Source of the DNA: Bacteroidota bacterium
GTDB taxonomy: Bacteria; Bacteroidota; Bacteroidia; Palsa-948
Direction of reading: 5' to 3'
Length of the DNA: 40,890 nucleotides
Assembly (NCBI GenBank): GCA_043804035.1
Contig: JAZDJJ010000169.1
Span: 1 to 40,890, forward strand
The translations under genes were made by a program, and so were the position numbers. The notes beneath the pieces were generated by a model, which worked only from the letters and a program-made list of their open reading frames with translations, was not told the origin of the DNA and did no database searches. Shown one piece after another: positions 26,169 to 36,915 of this stretch. How positions within the stretch are numbered: the stretch's first letter is position 1; the number at the start of each line of letters is the position of its first letter.

Positions 26169-27389
26169 TCAAAACACAAAATTATCTTTTATGATGGTAA
26201 GTTTAGGTGCTGTTGATTTTTTTACTCTGCCAATAACTTTCGCTTCAATATCAAATTCATTTGCAATATCTATTATTCGTTGAGCAAATTTTTCCGGAAG
26301 ATAAATTTCCATCCGATGGCCCATATTGAATACTTGATACATTTCTTTCAACGCCTTACAAATGTCATCTCTCCGAATAGAATGTGAAGAATGCGTTAAC
26401 ATGGATTCAAATATAAGTTGGAACAAAAATGGTAGTTTAAATAAATTGTCTTTGATGATATGCACTTTGTCGGCAAACTTCAAAACTTTTGTTTGTCCTC
26501 CGCCTGAACAATGAATGATGCTATGAATATTTTTTTTGTGTTCATTCAGAATTTTTTTTATCATAGGTGCGTAAGTGCGAGTTGGTGAAAGAACGAGTTT
26601 GCCAACCGAAATAATTTTTTCTATTTGTGTTTTGTGATTTGTGATTTTAATCTTATCAGTTAATTTATATTTTCCTGAATAAGCAATATTATGAGGAATA
26701 GTGTTATCAAAACTTTCAGGATATTTTTTAGAATAATTTTTTTTAAATATATCATGCCGAGCAGAAGTTAATCCATTGCTGCCAATACCGCTATTGTATT
26801 CATCTTCATAAGTAGATTGTCCAAAAGAAGCAAGTCCAACAATCACATCACCCGGTTGAATTTTATTTTCAATCACATCTTTTCGTTTCATTCTGCATGT
26901 AACTGTTGAATCAACAATAATGGTGCGAACCACATCGCCCACATCTGCTGTTTCGCCTCCTGTAGAATAAATATTTATTCCGAACATACGCATCTTCTCT
27001 AAAAATTCTTCAACACCATTGATGATTGCCGAAATAACTTCACCCGGAATTAAATTTTTATTTCTGCCGATGGTTGTTGAAACTAAAATATTATCTATGG
27101 CACCAACGCAAAGCAAATCATCAAGGTTCATTACTATTGCATCTTGCGCAATACCTTTCCATACCGAGAGGTCACCGGTTTCTTTCCAATAAATATAAGC
27201 GAGCGATGATTTTGTTCCCGCACCATCAGCATGCATTACTATGCAATGATTTTTATCTCCGCTCAAAAAATCAGGAACTATTTTGCAGAAAGTGTTTGGA
27301 AAAATTCCTTTGTCTAATTTTTTTATAGCGTGATGTACATCTTCTTTTGCAGAAGAAACACCTCGTAAATTATATAACGATGAATTCAT
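26169..27389 (-). CDS. purM: Phosphoribosylformylglycinamidine cyclo-ligase (AIR synthase), Bacteroidota type
   Basis: RGVSSAKEDVH, HADGAGTK, MNLDDLLCVGA, GGETADV, GSNGLTSARH, HCSGGG, VFNMGHRME. Confidence 0.93.
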   Translation of the reverse strand: MNSSLYNLRGVSSAKEDVHHAIKKLDKGIFPNTFCKIVPDFLSGDKNHCIVMHADGAGTKSSLAYIYWKETGDLSVWKGIAQDAIVMNLDDLLCVGAIDNILVSTTIGRNKNLIPGEVISAIINGVEEFLEKMRMFGINIYSTGGETADVGDVVRTIIVDSTVTCRMKRKDVIENKIQPGDVIVGLASFGQSTYEDEYNSGIGSNGLTSARHDIFKKNYSKKYPESFDNTIPHNIAYSGKYKLTDKIKITNHKTQIEKIISVGKLVLSPTRTYAPMIKKILNEHKKNIHSIIHCSGGGQTKVLKFADKVHIIKDNLFKLPFLFQLIFESMLTHSSHSIRRDDICKALKEMYQVFNMGHRMEIYLPEKFAQRIIDIANEFDIEAKVIGRVKKSTAPKLTIIKDNFVF

Positions 27390-27399
27390 AATCCCTCAT

Positions 27400-27437
27400 A
27401 AAAAAACATCCTCTCCAATATAATGGAGAGGATGTTT
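27400..27437 (-). terminator. Intrinsic terminator after the OmpA-family gene
   Basis: Perfect 14-bp stem AAACATCCTCTCCA/TGGAGAGGATGTTT with a 6-nt loop, running into a T7 tract on the - strand. Confidence 0.85.
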
Positions 27438-27463
27438 AAATATTTTTCATTTCAATATTTTTA

Positions 27464-29635
27464 TTATTCGTCCCATTCGGTTTTGGTATCGCCTTCACCA
27501 CCTTCTGATTCACTCTTAGTAACTTTGATTTCAGGAGCAGCTTTGGGCTGTCCTTCCGGAGTTCCTTTCGGCACATAATCTTTTCTTAAAATAGTGAATA
27601 CCACTCTGCGATTTATCTGCATGAGATATTCGTAATCGTCTTTATTTTTGTTTTCAGGATAATTTTGGTCAATCCATTTTTGAGAAAGAATGGTTTTTGC
27701 AGGAACAACTTTTTTGCTTGGCAGAATATGATCTCTATCTAATACTGCCGGTCTGCTTTCACCATATCCTGCAGGAGAGAGGCGGTTAGGATCTATTTCT
27801 TTGACAACAATAAGATAATCCACACATGTTTTTGCGCGATTAAAAGAAAGTGTTTGATTATACTTGGCATCGTTACGATAATCTGTGTGAGCAGAAAGTT
27901 CCACAGTAATATTTGGACTTTCACTCATAACTTTAACCAAAAATTCAAGAGAGTCACGAGGATTTGACGGATGATTCATATCATATTTATCAAGAAGGAA
28001 AAGCACTAATGGCATTCTCATTTCTTTTACAATTTTTTTCAATACGAAATCCTGCCGAAAGTTGGTGGATTCTTTTACTCCAACTGTTGTAATTTTTGCT
28101 TTTGGGTTGCCAAGTAATCCATCGGGAAAGTTAGATGTCTTAACATCTAATGCAGAAGCACTTACAATATAAGATGAGTTAGGATTTATGTAACGTGCTT
28201 GTCCATTGATATCAAATCTATAATATCCTTTTGCATCAGTTTTTTGTTCAAAGGATGTATTATCAGAACCAATCAATTTTACAGTAGCACCGGGAACAGG
28301 CAGTTTGGTAATTTCTTCTGTAACGTAACCCTCCAGCATGAATATCAGTGGAGGAAGGATAAAGGAATAAATATCGTCGCCTCCTTTTCCATTTGCACGG
28401 TTAGAAGTAAAATATCCGCGTTCTTTATCTCCTTCAAAGATGATGGCGAAATCATCACCTGCAGAATTGATGGGATATTTTAGATTAGAAATTTTTCCCC
28501 ATTTATTTTCCTTGAGTTTTTCTGCACGAAAAATATCAAACCCACCCATGCCAAGGTGCCCTCTGGACGCAAAATAAAGCGTTCCATCATCGTGAATAAA
28601 AGGGAATGCTTCGTCGTCATCGGTATTGATATCCGGACCAAGATTCACGGGTTTTCCCCATTCTTTTTTCTCAGCATCAAAAAGTACATAGTAAAGATCA
28701 AGTCCTCCATAACCTGGTGCTAAACTATCTTTTACATCAGAAGAATAAATGAGTAGTTTTTCATTTTTGCTAAGAGCAGGATGTCCGTAGTTGAAAGAAT
28801 CAATGTTGAACGGCATAAGCGTAGGATCGTCCCACATCTGCCCGCGTTTAACAGTAGAATATATCTGGCATTTCGGATGAAGATGTTTTTTTACTGCACA
28901 TCTTGTAAAATACATATTGCTTCCTTTTGAATCAAGAACACAAGCGGCTTCATTTTCTTTTGTGTTGATAGGAATAGGCAAAGGAGTAGGCGTACTCCAT
29001 TTTCCATTCTTGTCAACTTTGGTCATGAAAATATCTGCAAAAAGTTGTCCTACATTAGCATCAATATCGCCAGTTGCTCCTTGTCTTGTGGAAGAGAAAA
29101 GAAGGGTGGTATATTTTTTTCTTTCGGCATACATAGGAGTATAATCCCATTCTTTTCCGTTGATTTGAATCATGTTTTCAACTTTGTGGCGAGTAGGATT
29201 GTCTTTCCACTTCTGAGCCATTTCGCATGATTTTGCTCCATCCACACCACGTTTGTCCGAAGTTACTTCTTTGCTATACTTTTCATATTCTGCTTTTGCT
29301 TCAGGATATTTTCCCTGTGTCTTAAGTACTTCAGCAAGGCGAAGAAGAGCAATAGTAGATTGTTCACATTTTGCTTTGATAGATTTTTGATAATAAATTT
29401 CTGCTTGTTTCACTTCATTAATAAGTCGATAACATTCAGCAATTTTAAACAAGCATTCAGGTTTCATTTTTTTTGATGCCTTTTTATATGCCGCTTTATA
29501 TAAATCAACGGCAGTAAAATATTCATGAGCAATAAATTTATTTTCTGCTGCTCTGTAATAGTTTTTTTGCGCAAACATATTGGCAGAAAACAAGATACAT
29601 AGTATCAACAAACCGGTTCTTTTATGGATTTTCAT
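27464..29635 (-). CDS. OmpA-family protein with TPR, PD40 and carboxypeptidase-like domains (PorE-like architecture)
   Basis: Signal peptide after ATG 29635; TPR helices; PD40 repeats (NLGPDINT..DEAFP, PINSAGDDF, GYFTSNR); OmpA domain (ELSAHTD, YNQTLS.NRA, GYGESRP, NRRV). Confidence 0.88.
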   Translation of the reverse strand: MKIHKRTGLLILCILFSANMFAQKNYYRAAENKFIAHEYFTAVDLYKAAYKKASKKMKPECLFKIAECYRLINEVKQAEIYYQKSIKAKCEQSTIALLRLAEVLKTQGKYPEAKAEYEKYSKEVTSDKRGVDGAKSCEMAQKWKDNPTRHKVENMIQINGKEWDYTPMYAERKKYTTLLFSSTRQGATGDIDANVGQLFADIFMTKVDKNGKWSTPTPLPIPINTKENEAACVLDSKGSNMYFTRCAVKKHLHPKCQIYSTVKRGQMWDDPTLMPFNIDSFNYGHPALSKNEKLLIYSSDVKDSLAPGYGGLDLYYVLFDAEKKEWGKPVNLGPDINTDDDEAFPFIHDDGTLYFASRGHLGMGGFDIFRAEKLKENKWGKISNLKYPINSAGDDFAIIFEGDKERGYFTSNRANGKGGDDIYSFILPPLIFMLEGYVTEEITKLPVPGATVKLIGSDNTSFEQKTDAKGYYRFDINGQARYINPNSSYIVSASALDVKTSNFPDGLLGNPKAKITTVGVKESTNFRQDFVLKKIVKEMRMPLVLFLLDKYDMNHPSNPRDSLEFLVKVMSESPNITVELSAHTDYRNDAKYNQTLSFNRAKTCVDYLIVVKEIDPNRLSPAGYGESRPAVLDRDHILPSKKVVPAKTILSQKWIDQNYPENKNKDDYEYLMQINRRVVFTILRKDYVPKGTPEGQPKAAPEIKVTKSESEGGEGDTKTEWDE

Positions 29636-29802
29636 TAGTAGATAATTTATTCGCTCTAACTTTAACATAGACACAGAGCGATTAGATTTATAAAAATAAA
29701 GTGCTAAAATAGATTATTTATTTGAATCAATAAAAACAGATTGACAAAAATACATTTTATTGGCTTATTGAATACAAACAAATACAAAGCAAAAAAAATT
29801 TT

Positions 29803-32082
29803 TCATTTTGTAAAAAGAAGTTCCCTGTATTTCGGTAATGGCCATAGTTCGTCATCTATAATGAATTCAAGTTTATCGGCATGATAGCGAATGATTTCAA
29901 AAAAGGGTTTTACTTTTTCGCAATATGCATCTGCTATTTTCTGAACATCTTCAATGGCATTTGCTTTTTTACGAGCATCAATCATTGCATGCACATTTTT
30001 TTTGATGGCAAAAATATGCGTAGAGATTTCTTTGATAGTTTCAATTTGCGCAGAAGTAAGGAAATTAATATCAGCATCGTTGCTGTTTTTGTTTGATTCA
30101 TCAAAATCATTTTCAGATAAGACGAAATTTTTATTTGAAACATTTTTTACTGAATGCAGAGACATAAGATTTTGTGTTTCTACTAATCCTTTTACATTTT
30201 CAATAAGGATGTTTTGATATTTCACAGCAGAAGGAATGATATGTCCGAGTGCCAATTCACCGATAATGCGTGATTCAATCTGGATTTTTTTCATGTAGGT
30301 ATCTAATTGAATTTCGTAACGGGCATACTGTTCTCGCTCACTCTTGATATTGTGTTGTTCGAAAATTTTAACAACTTCTTTTCTAATGAAAACCTTTAGC
30401 GATTCGGGAGTAGTTTTGATATTAGAAAGTCCGCGGTTCTTGGCTTCATTCATCCATTCTTCGCTGTAACCATTTCCTTCAAAAAGAATTTTTTTTGTTG
30501 CAGAAATATAATCGCACAGAACATGAAAGATGGCTTCGTCTTTTTCAATTCCTTTTTTGATTTGCGCATCTACTTCTTTTTTAAATTTCACAAGTTGGTC
30601 AGCCATGATGGTGTTTAATATTGTCATTGGTGCAGCGCAGTTTGCAGAAGAACCGACAGCACGGAATTCAAATTTATTTCCCGTGAAAGCAAATGGTGAA
30701 GTGCGATTCCTATCGGTGTTGTCCAAAAGAATTTCTGGAATTTTTCCGATATTGAGTTTTAGAGCGGTCTTTTTTTCTGAAGTCATTTTTCCTGATTTTA
30801 TTTTCTTCTCAAATTCTTCCAAGACCTTCATTAACTGATTCCCAATAAAAACAGAAATGATAGCAGGAGGCGCTTCATTTGCCCCGAGACGATGATCATT
30901 TCCTGCCGATGCAATACTTGCTCTGAGCAAATCAGCATTGTCGTGAACGGCTTTGATTGTATTTATGAAAAAAGTCAGAAACATTAGATTGGTCTTTGGA
31001 GTTTTTCCGGGTGACAAAAGATTTTTTCCGGTATTAGTGAGCATACTCCAATTATTATGCTTACCCGAACCGTTCATTCCTGCGAATGGTTTTTCATGGA
31101 GGAGAACACAGAAGTTATGTTTGTGTCCCACTTTATTCATAATGTCCATCAGCAACAAATTATGGTCAACCGCAAGATTTGCTTCTTCAAAAACAGGAGC
31201 ACATTCAAACTGATTAGGAGCAACTTCGTTGTGGCGGGTTTTAATCGGAATGCCAAGTTTGTAACATTCAATTTCAAGTTCACGGATAAAAGCAAGAACT
31301 CTTTCAGGAATAGAACCGAAATAATGATCTTCTAATTGTTGACCTTTTGCTGTAGCATGTCCAAAAAGAGTTCTACCGGTGAAAACTAAATCGGGACGTG
31401 CGTTGTAAAGAGCAGTATCAATCAAAAAATATTCCTGTTCCAATCCAAGTGTTACTGTAACCTTTGTAATATTTTTATCAAAATACCGACAAACATCAAC
31501 AGCCGATTTATCAAGAAAGTGAAGTGCTTTCAACAGAGGAGTTTTGTAGTCAAGTGCTTCACCTGTATAAGAAACAAAAATAGTAGGTATGCAAAGAGTT
31601 TTTCCGAGGATAAAAGCAGGAGAAGTAGGGTCCCATGCTGTGTATCCGCGTGCTTCAAAAGTGCTGCGAATGCCTCCGCTCGGAAAAGAAGAAGCATCGG
31701 GTTCCTGCTGAACAAGTTGGTCGCCATCAAAATGTTCAAGTGCTTTACCATCTTCAATATTTTGTGCAAAAGCATCGTGCTTTTCTGCGGTAGTTCCTGT
31801 GAGTGGCTGAAACCAATGAGTGTAATGCGTAACTCCTTTGCTCATTGCCCATGCTTTTTTAGAAGATGCTACATCATCGGCAATTCTGCGGTCAATTTTT
31901 GTTCCGTGTGTAATGGCTTCCATCACGCTTTTGTATGCTTCGTCTGAAAGATATTTCTTCATCTTCTCTTTATTGAAAACATTTTCTCCGAAAAAATCGG
32001 AAACCGTTTCGGCAGGAAGTATCACATTTACAGGAACTCTGCTTAGTACATCTCTGAGTGCTTTGAACCGTTGAATTGCCAT
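29803..32082 (-). CDS. glnA: Glutamine synthetase type III
   Basis: THYTHWFQPLTG.TAEKHD, EPDASSFPSGG, EQEYF, HNEVAPNQFE, HEKPFAG.NGSGKH, HRLGANEAPP, DRNRTSPFAFTGNKFEFR. Confidence 0.96.
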   Translation of the reverse strand: MAIQRFKALRDVLSRVPVNVILPAETVSDFFGENVFNKEKMKKYLSDEAYKSVMEAITHGTKIDRRIADDVASSKKAWAMSKGVTHYTHWFQPLTGTTAEKHDAFAQNIEDGKALEHFDGDQLVQQEPDASSFPSGGIRSTFEARGYTAWDPTSPAFILGKTLCIPTIFVSYTGEALDYKTPLLKALHFLDKSAVDVCRYFDKNITKVTVTLGLEQEYFLIDTALYNARPDLVFTGRTLFGHATAKGQQLEDHYFGSIPERVLAFIRELEIECYKLGIPIKTRHNEVAPNQFECAPVFEEANLAVDHNLLLMDIMNKVGHKHNFCVLLHEKPFAGMNGSGKHNNWSMLTNTGKNLLSPGKTPKTNLMFLTFFINTIKAVHDNADLLRASIASAGNDHRLGANEAPPAIISVFIGNQLMKVLEEFEKKIKSGKMTSEKKTALKLNIGKIPEILLDNTDRNRTSPFAFTGNKFEFRAVGSSANCAAPMTILNTIMADQLVKFKKEVDAQIKKGIEKDEAIFHVLCDYISATKKILFEGNGYSEEWMNEAKNRGLSNIKTTPESLKVFIRKEVVKIFEQHNIKSEREQYARYEIQLDTYMKKIQIESRIIGELALGHIIPSAVKYQNILIENVKGLVETQNLMSLHSVKNVSNKNFVLSENDFDESNKNSNDADINFLTSAQIETIKEISTHIFAIKKNVHAMIDARKKANAIEDVQKIADAYCEKVKPFFEIIRYHADKLEFIIDDELWPLPKYRELLFTK

Positions 32083-32250
32083 TGTTTATTTTTGGTTTTT
32101 AATTATATGAATAATTTATTTTTAAAGATTCTGTTTGTTGTTGTCTGATATTTTCAGTCCGTATTTATTGCGGTAAATTTAGAAATAAAAAATTTGTATG
32201 TGTTTAAAGTGGGTGTGAATTTGTTTGCGAACAGATTGAACTTGATAATT

Positions 32251-32270
32251 CCCTGTGGCTTGCCGCAGGG
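32251..32270. repeat. GC-rich palindrome just downstream of hutI (REP-like, possible terminator)
   Basis: CCCTGTGGC-TT-GCCGCAGGG, 7 bp after the hutI stop. Confidence 0.55.
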
Positions 32271-32277
32271 TTGTTCA

Positions 32278-33540
32278 TTAGTTAAATTTTTTTATAGTAG
32301 AATCATATTTTTGTCCATTTATTATTATTGTTTCAATTAAATTATTTGCAAAAGAATAAGGGATAAAAGAATAGTTTGGAATTTCTTTGGTGATAAAAAC
32401 ATTTGCTTGTTTGCCAATAGCGATACTTCCATGTGTTTTACTCAATCCCATTGCATAAGCAGAATTTATTGTTGCTGCGTTAATGGCTTCTTCGGGAGTG
32501 AGTTTATGATTGATGCAGGCGAGTGAAATCATGAAGTTCATATTTCCGCTTGGAGAAGAGCCCGGATTATAATCAGATGCAATGGCGAGAGGCAATCCGG
32601 AGTCAATTATTTTTCTGGCAGGATAATTTTGTAGTCCGAGAAAAAATTGTGCACCCGGAAGAATAGTCGGCATGGTTTTACTTTTCTTTAAAAGTTGAAT
32701 ATCATTGTTGTTCATAAATTCCAGATGATCGGCACTGATAGCATTGCACTCAGTTCCCGCTTCAATTCCTCCACTGTGGCTTAATTGCTCTGCATGAACT
32801 TTTCCTTTTAATCCAAATTTATTTGCGGTAGAAAGAATTTTTATTGTTTCTTCTTTTGTAAAATAATTTTTTTCACAAAACACATCACAATAGTCAGCAA
32901 GATTATTTTGTGCAATTTGTGGCAGCATTTCATTTATGATGAGCGAAATGTATTGTTCTTTGCTATGCGTTTTTGGAATGGCGTGTGCTCCGAGGAAAGT
33001 TGTTTTCACGGGAATGGGTACTTTTTCTTTTATTCGTTTTATCACTTTCAGCATTTTAATTTCTGCTTCCACCGACAGTCCGTAACCGCTTTTTATTTCA
33101 ATGGCTCCTGTTCCGTGTAAAATAACTTCATTTATTCTTTTCATTGCCGATTCAAATAATTCTTCTTCGTTTGCGTCATGTATTTTTTTTGCAGAGTTTA
33201 AAATTCCTCCTCCGCGTTTTGCAATTTCTTCGTAAGTCATTCCGTTGATGCGGTCAATAAATTCCTGTTCACGATTTTCAGCGTAAACAATGTGCGTATG
33301 AGAATCGCACCAGCAGGGAAGAACAAGTTTGCCGGAAGCATCAAATTCGGTTTCGGGTTTGAAGTTTAATGTTTTAAGTTGGGACATTTTTCCGAAGGAA
33401 AAAATTTTATCGTTTTTGATCAGTAGAAAAGCATTTTTGATACAACAAAGATTTTTCATTTCAGAACCTCTGACTTTCAGACGAGGTTTTTCTTCTGTCT
33501 GAACGAGTGATTTAATATTTTTAATTAACACTTTCGGCAT
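32278..33540 (-). CDS. hutI: Imidazolonepropionase
   Basis: DSHTH, YEEIAKRGGGI, EIKSGYGL, FLGAHA, DVFCE, HAEQL, ASDYNPGSSP. Likely start at MPKVLIKN (33540 or 33543). Confidence 0.95.
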   Translation of the reverse strand: MPKVLIKNIKSLVQTEEKPRLKVRGSEMKNLCCIKNAFLLIKNDKIFSFGKMSQLKTLNFKPETEFDASGKLVLPCWCDSHTHIVYAENREQEFIDRINGMTYEEIAKRGGGILNSAKKIHDANEEELFESAMKRINEVILHGTGAIEIKSGYGLSVEAEIKMLKVIKRIKEKVPIPVKTTFLGAHAIPKTHSKEQYISLIINEMLPQIAQNNLADYCDVFCEKNYFTKEETIKILSTANKFGLKGKVHAEQLSHSGGIEAGTECNAISADHLEFMNNNDIQLLKKSKTMPTILPGAQFFLGLQNYPARKIIDSGLPLAIASDYNPGSSPSGNMNFMISLACINHKLTPEEAINAATINSAYAMGLSKTHGSIAIGKQANVFITKEIPNYSFIPYSFANNLIETIIINGQKYDSTIKKFN

Positions 33541-35718
33541 CATTGTGTGAGATGAAGATATTTTTTTTAAAAGTATCAATTATAATGACTATTAAAACAG
33601 ATACAAACATTGTTAATACAGAAATCCACATTGCAATTTTGATTCCTGTATTATGATAAACAAAACTTACTATGTTTTGCCCTGCAGGCAAAACCGCTGA
33701 AATTAACGATTTATTGCTGGTATAAATATTAACAGGAGTTTCATTAATTAAAACTTCCCATCCTCTATAATTATTCTGCAACAATGTTATTATCTGTGGT
33801 TTTTTAGTAGAAGTATTTACAATAAAACTATCTGGAGCAAAATAAGTTAATCGGGCAGTATCTCCTTGATTACTTTCTAAAGAAATTGTTTTTAATTGTT
33901 CAAAATCATTTTTATTAAAAAAAAGTGTTTTACTAGTAAATGTGCTATCTCTTGTAAATTTATTTATTTCTTGCTCTTCGTATATTTTATCTGACAAAAA
34001 AACTATTTTATTTTTCATGATTTCTTTATATAACTGTAACGTTTGCGTTTCATTTATAAAAATTTCATGCCCTGTAAGCATAAATGAATTAAATCCTTCT
34101 GAAAAAATTCGTTTCCGGAAAATATTTACATTTCTCCAAAACGGACCAAAATACACCTCATTTGGATTTTCATCTGCTATTGCCATATCAGGCAATTGAG
34201 GAAATCCTGAAGGAAATTTTTTAATATACTTATATGATTCTTTTGCAGAGACATCATGATAATAAACCGTGTAAGGTGCATTTAACTGGGCATTAAAGAT
34301 TAACTCAAAAACAATAATTGCTGTGATGTATTTTATAAATTTATTTTTTTCCTTCACTTTCCAAACCACTATCAAAAACAGACCAAGAATAAAACTTTGC
34401 ACTATTGATTGAAATGCAACGTGCTGATATATTGTGGATGTTTTAGAAAAAATAAATAAATCGTTTTTTATAAAATCCATCATTCCTAAATATCCTATAT
34501 ATCTGGTTATTAGAATAAAAATTACAAACATGATTATCATTGCCATAATTACCATCATTAACTTTTTTCTGTTTTTATCAAAATCATGATGAATAAAATT
34601 ATCAAACCAATACGCTCCTACTAACAAAAAACCAATAATGGTAAAAAGTCGGAAAGCGCTTGGAAATCTAAAAAGATTCATCAATGGAATGTGATTAAAC
34701 AAAAACTCACGTACTGGCAGGTAAGCACCAAACGCAGCAAATAAACCAAACAATGCAAAGCCAAATAATATTTTATATTGAAAAGGTTTTTTAATAAAAA
34801 TTCCCAACACAAAAAACAAAAACATCAAAACACCAAAATAAGCATTGCTCATAGAAAGGTCTGTGTCAAAAAAACCCATGCTTTTTATTACTGCAAAAGG
34901 TAGTAAAAAAGAAATAGAAGATTGAGGTGAAAATGGGCAAACTAATGCTTGTGTAACAGAAAAATTGGATATCCTTGAAATGTAAGGAATTACCTCATAA
35001 ACGGAAAGCAACATTCCGGAACTTAATAATATAGCCAAAACAAAGAATAAAATATTTCGGATAAAAAAATTCAATAACTCTTTTTTGTCACCACCAACAT
35101 ATTTTATTACGTAGTAAAAGAAAAAAATCAACAACAAGTAAAATAAAATAATTGTAAAAGCCGGATATCCTCCTGTAACCAACAGAAATAAAAAAAAAGC
35201 TGCTTTTATACTATTTGCAAATGTTTTTTCTTGTCCCACTCTCAAATAGTAATTTATAATAAATGGCATCCAACATGCACTAATTGAATATGTTAAATGT
35301 TGTGCATTGCCTATAAAAACACCACATAACATATAACAAACAGCAGCAATAAATGCAGTATGTTGACTTAATTTTAATGTTCCGGATAATTTATAAAATC
35401 CAATTGCTGCTATAAAAACATGAATCCAAAGTTCCAAACCAATGGTATAAATGTTATATCCAAAACAGTATCCTATTATCCAAACGAAAGGATACCAAGC
35501 ACCACTTGATGGATCAGCATGAATGGGATAACCTAAATCTTGGTATGGGTTCCAGAAAGGAAATTTTCCGTTTTGCAAACATTCACCGATATGAAATCGC
35601 CAGGGGTAATAGCAATCTATCATATCCCATTTTACAGGGCAAATAAAAAAACAATTTGCCAAAAAGATAAAATTGCAATTACAAAAAATAAAAAATAAAA
35701 TCTATTATGATTCTTCAT
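33521..35718 (-). pseudogene. YfhO-like (GT-C fold) membrane protein with a frameshift near the 5' end
   Basis: PFWNPY..LGYPIHADP, YFG, FRFPSAFR, C-terminal NYRGWEV.IN...LPAG. ATG 35718 gives MKNHNRFYFLFFVIAILSFWQIVF then stops; one extra T in the T7 run (35645-35651) joins it to the 713-aa frame. Confidence 0.78.
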
Positions 35719-35742
35719 TCTCTAAGTGAATTTGTGGCTCTT

Positions 35743-36915
35743 CTATTTTGAATTCAGATTCTGTTCTTTTGAAGAATATTGTTTTACAAAATACAGAGGA
35801 CGATTTTTCGCCTCATTAAAAACACGAGCAAGATATTCACCAATTATTCCAATACTGATTAGTTGAATTCCTCCTATAAGTAGAACTGCTATAAGAATTG
35901 ATATCCATCCGGGAAAAGTTTTAACATCAAAATATTTTGTGATGGCATAGATGGAATATAATAATCCAACAAAAAAAACTATTATTCCTGTATAAAAAGA
36001 AATACGTAATGGTTTTGCAGAGAATGAAATGATTCCATCAGCCGCAAACCGAAACATTTTTGTAATAGAATATTTTGATTTACCGGAAAAACGCAAAGGG
36101 GCAGAATAAGAAACGGTCGTTTGTTTAAATCCCATCCAGCTTATTAACCCTCTTACAAACCTATCCTTTTCTTTTAATTGAAGAAATGCATTTACTGTTT
36201 TTCTATTCATAAGACGAAAATCTGCTGATGAAGATTCTATGTGAATGTCAGCAAGGGAGTTAATTATTTTATAAAACCAAGAAGATGTTACGTTTTTGAA
36301 AACACTAGAATCTGCGGTGTTTTCTCTATTTGTATTTACAATATCGTATCCTTCTTGAAATTTTTGATATAAAAGTTCAATAACTTCAGGAGGATGTTGC
36401 ATATCTGCATCCATAGTAATTACCACATCGCCTGAAGCATGTTCCATACCAGCTGTAATCGCTATTTGATGTCCAAAATTTTTTGATAAGGAAATTCCTA
36501 AAACATGTGCATCATTATTACATATAGACATAATTTTTTCAAAAGAAGAATCTTTACTTCCATCATCAACAAAAATAATTTCGAAATTATTTGTTAATTT
36601 ACTAATTACAGGCAACAAAAAATTGTATAAAAAATAAATATTTTCCTCTTCATTATAAAGTGGAATTACAATGCTTATGGCTTTTAATACTTCATATTCT
36701 TTGATGAATGTTTCCTGCTTTTCTTTATCGGCTTTGTCGGAAATATTTTTGGCTTTTTTATAGACAAATCCCAAGCGATGCAATAATGCTTTTACTTCCT
36801 CTACACTGTAAGTTACTGCATACATCCTAGCAATGTATGTTTGTATTTCTTCGGTGCAGAGATAAGTGTTCTCTTCTAAATATTGTTTCAATAATTGTAA
36901 TTGTTTATATGTCAT
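35743..36915 (-). CDS. GT2 polyprenol-phosphate glycosyltransferase (GtrB/ArnC-like) with an N-terminal ~79-aa transposase-derived extension
   Basis: ISIVIPLYNEEEN, FVDDGSKD, NFGHQIA, MDADMQHPP, DFRLM, two C-terminal TM helices, GEYLARVF.EAKNRP. Confidence 0.9.
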   Translation of the reverse strand: MTYKQLQLLKQYLEENTYLCTEEIQTYIARMYAVTYSVEEVKALLHRLGFVYKKAKNISDKADKEKQETFIKEYEVLKAISIVIPLYNEEENIYFLYNFLLPVISKLTNNFEIIFVDDGSKDSSFEKIMSICNNDAHVLGISLSKNFGHQIAITAGMEHASGDVVITMDADMQHPPEVIELLYQKFQEGYDIVNTNRENTADSSVFKNVTSSWFYKIINSLADIHIESSSADFRLMNRKTVNAFLQLKEKDRFVRGLISWMGFKQTTVSYSAPLRFSGKSKYSITKMFRFAADGIISFSAKPLRISFYTGIIVFFVGLLYSIYAITKYFDVKTFPGWISILIAVLLIGGIQLISIGIIGEYLARVFNEAKNRPLYFVKQYSSKEQNLNSK

